This document shows positions 13,679 to 22,556 of a stretch of 64,000 nt of DNA, piece by piece (position 1 is the first letter of the stretch; every line of letters begins with the position of its first letter). The translations under genes and the position numbers were made by a program. The notes beneath the pieces were generated by a model, which worked only from the letters and a program-made list of their open reading frames with translations, was not told the DNA's origin and did no database searches. The stretch covers positions 32,001-96,000 of the forward strand of contig CAVWFS010000006.1 in the NCBI GenBank assembly GCA_963754315.1, written 5' to 3'. This DNA is from an uncultured Candidatus Rokubacteria bacterium (GTDB taxonomy: Bacteria > Methylomirabilota > Methylomirabilia > Rokubacteriales > CSP1-6).

Positions 13679-14064
13679 GTTCCCCCGAACATACGTCGGT
13701 GCCGGCCTTTCCCACCCTACGCTCGTCACAATGGGTGCCCCAGGCCGGCCGGGGGCTGCGGCCGTAGGCCGCCGAGCCGCCGGAAGTGAGGAGATCGGGC
13801 GGCGACCCGATCCCGTGACGAGACGAGCCGGAGCGATGGGCATCGCAAGCGATGGTGCCACCGAGTCCGACGCTTCTCGCTCGCTATCGGCGCGGTGAGT
13901 AGGCCCCTCTGGGAGAAGTCCCAAGCGGTCGCCCGGACGGTGAGGACGGCTCGCGCTAGAGCTGGATAGCTAACTCTGAGAGCGTTCACCGGCGGACGAT
14001 GCCTCCGTAGGTACGTGTCACCTGGCTGACCCGCTGATGACTTTGGTTTTGAGAGGAGTACGAC

Positions 14065-14409
14065 ATGGCCATGCCGCACAAAGGTGTGATTGTTTTCGCC
14101 CTGATGCTCCTCGTTTCGCTCGCCGGTCTGCGGACGGCCGACGGCCAGGTCCCCACCGCTGCCGACTTCACCGCCTGCAATGAAGAAGCGCCCCAAGTGG
14201 TCAAAGCAGGAACTGCCTCACCGATTGTGGCCGACCACAGCAGGGCCGATCGTGAGCGCGCCGGCGCCATGACGACGGACTCCCGAGCCATCAGGGGCAA
14301 AGTCGTCGAATCGCCCGATCCACAAATCCACGGTATGGCGGTGGAAGGCGCAAAGGACGCCACGTATCAGGCCGCATATCGCAGTTGCATGAGACGGAAG
14401 GGGTTTTGA
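14065..14409 (+). CDS. Small exported hypothetical protein with two Cys
   Basis: GAGGAG RBS; hydrophobic signal peptide; Cys in ACNEEA and YRSCMRRKGF. Confidence 0.75.
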   Translation: MAMPHKGVIVFALMLLVSLAGLRTADGQVPTAADFTACNEEAPQVVKAGTASPIVADHSRADRERAGAMTTDSRAIRGKVVESPDPQIHGMAVEGAKDATYQAAYRSCMRRKGF

Positions 14410-14429
14410 GCAGCACGAGCACGAGCCCA

Positions 14430-14536
14430 TCATGTGACGTTCCCGCCAGGCCGCGCTAGGCTGGCGACCAGCCCGGCGGCAACGGGACGACGCCGGTGGT
14501 CATGGCAATCGGGATCGAGGTGGTGGGCTGCCTGGC
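14430..14536 (-). pseudogene. Fragment of a COG2984-type ABC transporter substrate-binding protein
   Basis: ARQPTTSIPIAMTTGV / PVAAGLVASLARPGGNVT* across one frameshift; GLVASLARPGGNVT is characteristic of this family. Confidence 0.7.
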
Positions 14537-14826
14537 GCTCGGTCTCCGGCGCCGTGGCCATCCCCGTGATCTTTCCCCCGGACAGGCGAGGCTCTCCACG
14601 AACCCTCCGCCGACCGGATCGCTGCCTAACATCACGAGGGGATAGTGTTCGTCGCCTCCTTCGCCGCGTGGACGGCTCCCGCACTCACTGCCACGATGAC
14701 GTGCACGCGAAGTCCCACGAATTCCGGTGCTAGCTTAGCTAATGAAACCGCGGATGCTCCCGGGGCCGCGTGTTCACCGTGGGATGCCAGATAACTCTCT
14801 ACGGTTCGTCCTTCCCCGGTGATCGC

Positions 14827-14844
14827 ATTGGACTAAGGTCCACT
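14827..14844. promoter_or_regulatory. Second copy of the TTGGAC-N4-GTCCA operator
   Basis: ATTGGAC-TAAG-GTCCACT about 70 bp upstream of 14913; TAGAGAAT at 14865-14872. Confidence 0.5.
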
Positions 14845-14912
14845 ACCGTGGTTAGGGCGAGGGGTAGAGAATGGTGCTGTAGCCACCCGAGCGGGATCCG
14901 AGGAGGTGTCTT

Positions 14913-15326
14913 ATGCGAGTACCAGTGTGGATCAAACCAGCGGTCTGGGGCGCCGTCTTCGGTGCGGTGGGGATCATGATTGTCGGATTTTCCTGGATGG
15001 GCTGGACGCTCGGCCACACTGCCACGAGATTGGTGGCGGAAGGTCGTGAATCCGCCATGGTCGCCGCGCTCACTCCCTTCTGCGTCGCGAATTACATGAA
15101 GCAGCCCGACGCTGCCAAGCAGCTTGCTCTGCTTAAGGAAGACACCTCGTCATACACACAGCGCGACATCATTGAGAAGGCTGGATTTGCAACTATGCCT
15201 GGCAATAAAGAACCAACTTCAGGGCTCGCGGCTGCCTGCGCAATCGCGCTCAAGACCGTAAGCCTTGCCGATCCAGAGCGGCGAGGGACAAGCGTAGCAG
15301 GCGGGGCTAACACCACGACGAAGTAA
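14913..15326 (+). CDS. Membrane-anchored hypothetical protein, paralog of 901-1251
   Basis: GAGGAGG RBS; shared motifs IVGFxWxGWT, CVAxxMKQPDAA, IEKxGxxxMPGxxx...AxACA. Confidence 0.85.
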   Translation: MRVPVWIKPAVWGAVFGAVGIMIVGFSWMGWTLGHTATRLVAEGRESAMVAALTPFCVANYMKQPDAAKQLALLKEDTSSYTQRDIIEKAGFATMPGNKEPTSGLAAACAIALKTVSLADPERRGTSVAGGANTTTK

Positions 15327-15541
15327 TCCCTCCACTGCCGGGGGGTCCAAGGATCGCGTGGGCCCTCGTCGGATGGAAGGCCGAGCACGAGTGCGAAAGG
15401 TTCAGTGGCGATGCGATGCTTCGGTGTTTGGGGCCGGTCGCGGTCATCGTGGCCCCTCCTCCCCAGACCACAACTCTGGCGCCTTCTTCCGCGTTCCAGA
15501 GAGTGTCCTGAACAGCGGGAGACCTGCCGCGGAGGTGAGAC

Positions 15542-15832
15542 ATGGCGCATAAACTCTTCATTGGTGGTCTGTCCTTTGCCACGTCGAGCGAACGTCTTCG
15601 GGAGCTCTTCACCCAGGCCGGCACCGTCGAATCGGCCGCCGTCGTGATGGACCGCGACAGTGGCCGCTCGCGGGGCTTTGGGTTCGTCGAGATGGCCACG
15701 GCCCCAGACGCGGAGGCCGCGATGTCGAAGTTCAACGGCCAGGATGTTGATGGTCGAATCCTCACCGTCCAGCGCGCCAACCCCACTGGCGCGAGCGGAC
15801 GTGGGGGCGGGCGCCCCGGAGGACGCTGGTAG
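15542..15832 (+). CDS. RRM-domain RNA-binding protein
   Basis: RNP2 KLFIGGL, RNP1 RGFGFVEM, Gly/Arg tail; GGAGGT RBS. Confidence 0.95.
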   Translation: MAHKLFIGGLSFATSSERLRELFTQAGTVESAAVVMDRDSGRSRGFGFVEMATAPDAEAAMSKFNGQDVDGRILTVQRANPTGASGRGGGRPGGRW

Positions 15833-15842
15833 CGGGCGCACC

Positions 15843-16052
15843 ATGCACGTGGTGGCGTTGTCTTCTGGCCTCAGCCCTGATTGGCGCTGGCGCATCATCA
15901 ACTACGAAGGCGAGACGGTCCGGGAATCGCAGCAGGCCTTCCCGACCATCGCCGCCGCGGTGGCCCATGGCACCCAGCGCCTCAACGAGATGGACGGTGC
16001 CAATCGCGCGGAAGTCGCCCGCGCGTTTCGGTGGAACCGCGGGCGACGCTAG
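15843..16052 (+). CDS. Small hypothetical protein (YegP/DUF1508-like WRWR motif)
   Basis: DWRWRIINYEGETVRESQQAFPTIAAA; starts 10 nt after the RRM gene. Confidence 0.6.
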   Translation: MHVVALSSGLSPDWRWRIINYEGETVRESQQAFPTIAAAVAHGTQRLNEMDGANRAEVARAFRWNRGRR

Positions 16053-16894
16053 GCGATGCGATCGCTGCAGCCGGACACGGGTCACAGCGATTCTGGAACG
16101 ACACGCGGCCACACGCGACTTGACGATCGAGGCTGCTCTTGGAGCTCGACGCCGCGAGGTTCTGGTCCGCGGGCTGGCCACTGGTCCGCCGTCTTGCCCA
16201 TCAACGACGGGTTCTGTGTGGGAGAGTGCGCGCAACGCGCTCTCCCTGGGCTGGTTGTCCGCCGAGTCTGAGGGAATTGGGGCAGGTGTTCGCGCGGGAG
16301 GTAACCGTCGGGACTGAGCGGGGCGGGTTTCATCCCGCCCCTCCAGAACAGCGAGGGACCTTTCGTCGTGGGCGTGTGGGATAGCGAGAGCAGCCTCACG
16401 CCAATCGGCCTCTATAAGCGCGTTGAGGCCTGGACCGCGGCGGATGCCGCCCGGATCATCGCGCACACGCGAGGGCGCCACGGCGATCTGATGTGGCTGC
16501 GGATCTTGATCGGGGGACGCGGATGGACTCGCCGATCATCGGCATGAGCAACAGGACCTATCCAGCCCGAACACCCGGTAGTGAGTCAGTTTGGGGCTTC
16601 CCGCCCACGACCCGCTTGGCCAGCGCGCGGCGGGCCAGATCGAGCGTCATCGCATGGGTCGCCAGGAGGTGGCACAGCATCGCGTCCGCGTCACGCGCGT
16701 CGTAGCCGCATGGGATCTGCGGCCGGCCGTCCGGGCCGGTCCAGCGATAGCGAGTCGGGCCGGCTGGCTGGGGGTCAGCGAGGAAGGGGCCGGTGGGTCG
16801 GTCGCACAACATCATGCGAGGTTCTTGAGCGCCGCCTGCGCGGCCCACTTCGTCAGAGGACGGGTGACCATCGGAAGAAGTGTACCAAGGCCGC

Positions 16895-16959
16895 TGGTGG
16901 TGACGCCGGGACTCGAACCCAGACCCTCCCGCTTATATGGCGGGCTGTCCTTCGTCACA
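16895..16959 (-). pseudogene. tRNA-like element lacking the D arm (pseudo-tRNA or att remnant; anticodon-position triplet TAT)
   Basis: (T)GTGACG-AAGGACAG-CCCGC-CATATAA-GCGGG-AGGGT-CTGGG-TTCGAGT-CCCGG-CGTCACC-ACCA. Confidence 0.7.
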
Positions 16960-16964
16960 ACTCC

Positions 16965-17093
16965 ATGGCCGAGCTGTGCGGCAACGTATGTGATCGGCGC
17001 GTTGCGCGCGAGGAGCAAGCTCGCGAAGGTGTGCCGCAGGTCATAGACCCCGAAGACGGGCAGGCCGACGCCCCGGAGCACTCGGCGGAAGAC
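16965..17093 (-). mobile_element. Tyrosine recombinase/integrase C-terminal remnant
   Basis: VFRRVLRGVGLPVFGVYDLRHTFASLLLARNAPITYVAAQLGH (box II); stops before the catalytic Tyr. Confidence 0.85.
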
Positions 17094-17169
17094 CGAGGTC
17101 CCGACTCATATCCACGACGCGTGGTCGTGGGTCTTCGTGTCTTTCTCCCGTCCCAGGCTCGGGCCTTCA

Positions 17170-17378
17170 TGAGCCGCACGCTGTTCTTCGAGCGTCCCTG
17201 CTAGAAGAGACCAGGAGGGGGTGAAGGAGACGGAGCAGGGAGGGCGACATCGCGCTAGGATTGTCCGACCAGGCGAAGGCCATCCGCCTGCGCTTCTTGC
17301 GTGACTTGAAGAAGGGGCAGCTCGTGGAGGCGTTCCGGGGACACGATGTCATTCATGTACGTGCCGGGGAAGGGCACG
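17170..17378 (+). pseudogene. Possible degraded chalcone-isomerase-like gene
   Basis: Fragments RTLFF, SDQAKAIRLRFLRDLKKGQLVEAFR and DV-SFMYVPGKGT in the order expected for bacterial CHI-fold proteins, with deletions. Confidence 0.4.
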
Positions 17379-18743
17379 ATGATCTACCTCGCCATCCGGG
17401 CACTCGCGCGCCTGCTCCTCTCGGTCTTCTATCACCGGGTCGAGATCGTCGGGCTCGAGCACGTCCCCGCGAGCGGCCCTCTCGTCATCGTCGCCAACCA
17501 CCACAACGCCCTGGTCGACCCTGCCCTCCTCGTGGCCGCCATCCCCCGCCAGCTCGTCCCGATCGCCAAGGCTCCGCTCTTCCGCCATCCGCTGGTCGGG
17601 CCGATCCTCCGGCTGGTCGGCGCCATCCCCGTCCACCGGCGCCAGGACGGACTGGCCGCCACGGAGCCCGCCCGCAACGCGCCCATGTTCGCCCGTGCCA
17701 TCGAGACCCTCCGCGGCGGCGCCGGCATCCTGATCTTTCCCGAGGGGATGAGCCAGCCGGAGCCGACCCTCATGCCGCTCCGCACCGGGGTGGCCAGGCT
17801 CGTCCTCGGCGCCGAGCGCGCCGAGCCAGGCCTCGAGGTCCCCGTGCTTCCCGTCGGCCTCGTCTTCCACCAGCCCGGAACGTTCCGGGCCGGGTGGGCT
17901 CTCGTGGTGATCGGTGAGCCGCTGAGGATGTCGAACGCCATCGCGCGCTTCGCGCATGATCCCGAGGAAGCCGTGCGCGACATGACCGACGCCATCGCCA
18001 GGGCCCTTCGTCGCCTCATTGTCGAGACCAGCGATCGTCAAACGCTGCGGCTGCTCCACCTGATCGAGACGCTCTGGCGCGACGAGACCGGCGCGGCGGC
18101 ACCGTCCGCCGCCCTCCGGGCGGAGCAGGTGCAGCGCGTGGCGCGCGCCAGCACATTCCTCCTCCCCCGGGTTCCCCAACGGGTGGAGTCGCTGCGACAG
18201 GCCCTCGAGGACTACGACCGTGACCTCGAGGCGGCTGGCATCAGCAGCGTCGAGGTGGGCCAGGCCTATCCCGTACGAGTGGTCGTCCGCTACGCACTCC
18301 GCGAGAGCCTGTCCCTCCTGCTCGGGCTGCCGCTGGCCCTCCTCGGCGTCGTCATGCACTACGTGCCTTACCGGCTCGCTGGCCGGATCGCTCGCTGGCT
18401 CGGCACGGAAGCCGACACCGTCGCGACCTACAAGCTCAGCGCGGGTATCGTCGTCTTCCCGCTGTGCTGGCTCGCCGAGGCCTGGCTCGCCTGGCTCTTC
18501 GCCGGCGGCTGGGGCCTCGGGGCCGTGCTGGCCGCCCTCGTGCCGTCCGCGTTCTTCGCCCTAGCCTGGCAGCAGCGCCTGGCGCGAGTCCGCCGCGAGG
18601 TGCGCGGGTTTATCCACTTCGTCCTCGATCGCGACCTGCATGAGCGGCTCGCGGCCCGGCGGCGCGCTATCATCGCCGAGCTGAGCGCCCTCGCCGCGCT
18701 TGTCCCTGAGGAGGTGCTCGCCGGCAAAGCTTCGAGCTCGTAG
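17379..18743 (+). CDS. PlsC-family lysophospholipid/glycerol-phosphate acyltransferase with C-terminal TM region
   Basis: ANHHNALVD (HX4D), GAIPVHRRQD, IFPEG, LRTGVAR. Confidence 0.9.
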   Translation: MIYLAIRALARLLLSVFYHRVEIVGLEHVPASGPLVIVANHHNALVDPALLVAAIPRQLVPIAKAPLFRHPLVGPILRLVGAIPVHRRQDGLAATEPARNAPMFARAIETLRGGAGILIFPEGMSQPEPTLMPLRTGVARLVLGAERAEPGLEVPVLPVGLVFHQPGTFRAGWALVVIGEPLRMSNAIARFAHDPEEAVRDMTDAIARALRRLIVETSDRQTLRLLHLIETLWRDETGAAAPSAALRAEQVQRVARASTFLLPRVPQRVESLRQALEDYDRDLEAAGISSVEVGQAYPVRVVVRYALRESLSLLLGLPLALLGVVMHYVPYRLAGRIARWLGTEADTVATYKLSAGIVVFPLCWLAEAWLAWLFAGGWGLGAVLAALVPSAFFALAWQQRLARVRREVRGFIHFVLDRDLHERLAARRRAIIAELSALAALVPEEVLAGKASSS

Positions 18744-18833
18744 AGATCGACGCCTCCGAGTCGATCGAGGTCGCGCAGGACGCCGAGCGTTCGATACCTC
18801 AGCGAGTGCGTGCGCGGGGCGACTCCTCGATCG

Positions 18834-19937
18834 TCAGGCTGGCTTGACGACCTTCGTGTGCACGTGCTCGATGTTGACCGCGATCCGGTCGCGATAGCGG
18901 CCGGTCCAATACTTCGACATTCCGGCTTCGTACTTCGGAGCGAGCTGATCGGCCACCTTCGACTTCATCTCGTCGAGCGTGGCGCGGTCGGCGGCGGCTT
19001 GCTTCACCGCCGCAATCAGATCCGCCAGGTAGTTCTTCAGGAACGTGATCTGGGCCTTCGGAGCGACGTCGCCGTGCCCGGGGATGATGTGCGTGAAGTC
19101 GAGCTTCTCGAGCGTGGCCAGCGACTGTACCCAGTCTTCGGGGTAGCCATCGCCGATGAACGGCATCCAGTCGACGACGGCGTCGCCGGTCACGAGGACC
19201 TTTTCTTTCGGCAGATAGACGAAGACGTCGCCGTTGGTGTGCGCACGACCGACCACGTGGAGCTGGATCTCGCGGCCGCCCTCGCGCAGTGTCGTGACGC
19301 CCCCGGGGACGCCGCGGGTCGGGGGGGCCGGTTTCATCTTCTTTAGCTCCTCGAGGTACGTCTCCGTCTGGCGCAGGTTCGATTGCACCCGGGCCTTCGC
19401 CTCCGCGTCTGACGTGCGCGCGACCTCCTCCTTGAGCTTCTCGATCTCCGCGGGCAGTGCCGCGATCTGTCTCTCGATGTGCGGGAGACCGCCGACGCCG
19501 GCATCCGGCTTCGTCATGTTCTGACGCGTCTGCTCGGACGCGATGATCTCGAGGGCGGGATACGCGCCCTTGTAGATCTCGTTGCCCTGCCAGTGATCCC
19601 AGTGGAAGTGCGTGTTGACGATCTTCTTCACCGGGTTCTTCGTGACGCCCTGAATGTCCTTGTAGAGCGCGGTAGCGGCCGACGGCTTCGAGTGCGTGTC
19701 GACGACGATGGCGCCGTCGTTCGTGAGGATCACGGCACTGTTCGAGTTAACCTTGTACGCGGGCCCGGCGAACGCCGCGTACACGCCGTCCGCGACCTTC
19801 TTGAGCTCGAAGAGGTTCTTCTCGTGCGTGGCGGCGTGCGCGTCCACGCTGCAGCAGATCTCGTGCGGGTCGAGGGTGTGGATGGTGGCGGCGGCGATGC
19901 CGAATTGCGCGAGCACCTGGCGGCGCGTCCAAGCCAT
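18834..19937 (-). CDS. Tat-exported MBL-fold metallo-hydrolase (cyclase-like)
   Basis: TRRQVLAQFG twin-Arg signal; NTHFHWDH, AHTNGD, TGD, IPGHG; GGAGG RBS. Confidence 0.9.
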   Translation of the reverse strand: MAWTRRQVLAQFGIAAATIHTLDPHEICCSVDAHAATHEKNLFELKKVADGVYAAFAGPAYKVNSNSAVILTNDGAIVVDTHSKPSAATALYKDIQGVTKNPVKKIVNTHFHWDHWQGNEIYKGAYPALEIIASEQTRQNMTKPDAGVGGLPHIERQIAALPAEIEKLKEEVARTSDAEAKARVQSNLRQTETYLEELKKMKPAPPTRGVPGGVTTLREGGREIQLHVVGRAHTNGDVFVYLPKEKVLVTGDAVVDWMPFIGDGYPEDWVQSLATLEKLDFTHIIPGHGDVAPKAQITFLKNYLADLIAAVKQAAADRATLDEMKSKVADQLAPKYEAGMSKYWTGRYRDRIAVNIEHVHTKVVKPA

Positions 19938-19996
19938 GGGAGGCCTCCTCGGGTGGTGAGGGTGATCGGCCGATCCGTTGACCGCGGTTGGCCGTG

Positions 19997-20031
19997 ATCA
20001 TAGCTCAGAGCAAGGGCCTTTTAAAGGCCCT
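19997..20031 (-). promoter_or_regulatory. Sigma70-like promoter with a palindromic operator over the -35
   Basis: Minus strand TTTAAA-N17-TATGAT; palindrome AGGGCCTTT-T-AAAGGCCCT at 20013-20031. Confidence 0.55.
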
Positions 20032-20270
20032 GTCACGCCGGTCAGCCCCTGTCCTTCGTCAAAACCCATCCGGCCTGCATCGAGACCGCTTGCGGTTTTG
20101 GCGATGGACAAGCGGTGCAGTGTCCGGGCAAGCTCCGGTGAGAGATCGACCTTCCGGCGCTAGCGGCTCGACCGGCCTCCCGGCTGGCGCATCCTTGGTG
20201 AGGGAGAGATGAGTTCAGGCGCGGTGGTAGTGCGCACGGGGAGCCGGCGGCGGTGGGGAGGGCTGGAAGG

Positions 20271-21092
20271 ATGAACAGAGTGGCCACCTTGATGCTCGGG
20301 GCTCTGCTCGGCGTCGTGGTCGGCGCCACTGACGCGCTGTCTGCGGACGGCGATCAGGACGCCACGGCCCAGGCGGATCTCGTCAAGCAGGCCAACGCGC
20401 CCATATCAAGCATTTTGCAGGTTCGACTCCAAGATAGCTATGCCCCTGAATTCCAGGGGCTAAATGGTCAAGGCAACGTGTTCTCGATAGCCGTGACCAT
20501 GCCCCTACCGGAATTTCGCCTGCTGCCCTTTTCCCAGCTTTCGCTCCTGACCCTGCCCGTCGCCGTCACCCTGCCCGGCGGCCTAACGGGGCTTGGCGAC
20601 CTGCGTCTGGCGAACATCGCCGTCTTCGAGGCCGGGCAGCGCATTCTGTGGGGAGTGGGAGGGTCCCTTGTATTTCCCACGGCGAGCACGCCGGAGACCG
20701 GTCAGGGCAAATGGCAAGCGGGACCGGCGGCCGCGATCGCGATTACGCCGGAGAACTGGCTGGTGGGCGTGCTCGCCCAGAACCCGATCTCTTTTGCCGG
20801 CGATCCTAACCGTCCCCCTGTGAATGCACTGTATCTCACACCTTTCGCGGTCTATCAGCTCGGCCGCGGCTGGTTCATCCGATCGCAGCCGCAGATAATC
20901 TTCAACTGGAAAAGTGGCAGGCAGGTCCTGCCCCTCGACCTCGGAGTGGGGCGTGTCTTCACAATCGGACGCCAAGACGTGAACCTCTTCGTCGAACCCT
21001 TCTGGAACATCTCGCACGACGGACCCGCGCCACGATACGGGATCACCTTTGGCATGTCGCTGTTGTATCCCAACTTTTGGCGAGAGCGATGA
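20271..21092 (+). CDS. Exported outer-membrane beta-barrel-like protein (MetA-pathway/neuromedin-U-annotated type)
   Basis: Signal peptide; GLGDL, FPTAS..TGQGKWQAGPA, PLDLGVGRVF; amphipathic strands. Confidence 0.7.
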   Translation: MNRVATLMLGALLGVVVGATDALSADGDQDATAQADLVKQANAPISSILQVRLQDSYAPEFQGLNGQGNVFSIAVTMPLPEFRLLPFSQLSLLTLPVAVTLPGGLTGLGDLRLANIAVFEAGQRILWGVGGSLVFPTASTPETGQGKWQAGPAAAIAITPENWLVGVLAQNPISFAGDPNRPPVNALYLTPFAVYQLGRGWFIRSQPQIIFNWKSGRQVLPLDLGVGRVFTIGRQDVNLFVEPFWNISHDGPAPRYGITFGMSLLYPNFWRER

Positions 21093-21223
21093 GGGTTGCG
21101 GGGCCGAGATGACCTCTTGGATCTGCATGTCCTTCGGGGGCTGGCGAAGGGAGGCAGAGTAGATGCGCGCCGCGATCGCGGAGGAGAACGGTGCGCGGAT
21201 CGAAGCGAAGGGGGACCTGCCCA

Positions 21224-22165
21224 ATGAACGCGCTCGACTGGTTGCTCGATGCGGACCCGGCGATTCGCTGGCAGGCGATGCGCGACCTGACCGATGTGCC
21301 GGCCGACCAGGTCGCCGCGGAGCGTACCCGCGTTGCCACCGAAGGCTGGGGCGCGCGGCTGCTGGCTCTCCGGCGGGAGGATGGGCTGTGGGACGCTGGC
21401 ACGCCGGAGCCGGAGTGGGTCTCGCTGCTCGCCCTGTTGCTGCTTCGCGACATGGGCCTCGACGCTTCGAGCGAGGAGGCGCGGAAAGCGATAGGCCTCG
21501 TCCGCAACAACGCGACGTGGCACTCCCGGGGCCCATGGCACGGCACACCGCTGTTCGCGGGCGAGGTCGAGCCGTGCATCAACGGACGCGTAGTGACGGT
21601 CGGCTCGTACTTCGGCCAGGACGTGACAGGCATCGTCGAGCGGCTGCTCGGCGAGCAGATGGCCGATGGCGGGTGGAATTGCGAGCAGGAGAATGGCTCG
21701 ACCCGCGGATCGTTCCACACGACGATCAACGTCCTCGAGGGCCTTCTGGAGCACGAGCGAGCAACCGGCCGCTCGGCCGAGGTGACCGCGGCGCTTGAGC
21801 GAGGGCAGGAATACCTGCTCGAACGCCGGATGCTGCGCCGGCTGTCGAGCGGCGAGCTGATCGATACGGCCTTCACACTGTTCTCGTTCCCGACCGGCTA
21901 CCACTACGACGCGTTGCGCGGGCTCGACTACCTGCGCGCAGCGGGCGTGACGCCCGATGCGCGCGTGGCCGAGGCCATCGACCTGGTCCGCTCCAAGCGT
22001 GACGCCGAAGGCCGATTGCCGCTCGAGAACCCACACGAGAGCGAACTGGTCGACGCCCGCGTCCGCGATCTCGAGTTCGACATGGACGAGCGCGAAGGCC
22101 GGCCCAGCCACTGGAACACCCTGCGCGCCATGCGCGTGCTGGACTGGTACGAGGGCGGCCGCTAG
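21224..22165 (+). CDS. Prenyltransferase/squalene-cyclase-repeat (alpha-alpha toroid) protein
   Basis: LDWLLDADPAIRWQAMRDL, GEVEPCING, QMADGGWNCE, SFHTTINVLEGL, WNTLRAMRVLDW. Confidence 0.8.
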   Translation: MNALDWLLDADPAIRWQAMRDLTDVPADQVAAERTRVATEGWGARLLALRREDGLWDAGTPEPEWVSLLALLLLRDMGLDASSEEARKAIGLVRNNATWHSRGPWHGTPLFAGEVEPCINGRVVTVGSYFGQDVTGIVERLLGEQMADGGWNCEQENGSTRGSFHTTINVLEGLLEHERATGRSAEVTAALERGQEYLLERRMLRRLSSGELIDTAFTLFSFPTGYHYDALRGLDYLRAAGVTPDARVAEAIDLVRSKRDAEGRLPLENPHESELVDARVRDLEFDMDEREGRPSHWNTLRAMRVLDWYEGGR

Positions 22166-22175
22166 CCCGCCAGCA

Positions 22176-22310
22176 TCAATCCTGGGCGCGTTCCAGCCGC
22201 TCGCGGCCAGACTCGCGCGCGTAGGCCCAGACGTCGATGTCGGGCGGTTCGACGCCCAGGCTCGTCAAAGCGGTACAGACCTGGCTGCGGTGGTCGGTGC
22301 CGTCGTCATG
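22176..22310 (-). pseudogene. DinB-family C-terminal fragment
   Basis: HDDGTDHRSQVCTALTSLGVEPPDIDVWAY; upstream part not recognisable. Confidence 0.6.
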
Positions 22311-22556
22311 GGCCGATCGGACCGCCCGGGCAGGACCACGGTCTGCGGATGTGTCCGTGCACTGGCTGTTGAAGGCGCGCGCGACCTCACGGATCTCGCT
22401 CGGCCCCTCCTGGGCGAGCGGCCCGGTGAGGCCGATGCCGATGAGAGGAGGATTGGCACATGCCGCCCCACCGAGCTCAAGGGGAGACCAGCGTCCACGT
22501 GCCACCACTTGGTGAGGGATCCGCAAATCCTCCTCTTGGGCGCGGGTGCAGCCGAC

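Noticed and set aside
13824..13860. Resemblance to group II intron domain V (GAGCCGGA-GCGAT...ATCGC)
   Set aside because: The 3' strand needed to close the helix is absent, and there is no RT or maturase nearby.
14034..14056. CTGATGA hammerhead-like core
   Set aside because: No stem II followed by GAAA.
15510..15540. AGCGGGAGA resembling a glycine riboswitch start
   Set aside because: The downstream CCGAAG and CTCTCAGG elements are missing.
16558..16848. 96-aa ORF downstream of the tRNA-like element
   Set aside because: No recognisable family or clear RBS; it could be element debris but cannot be supported.
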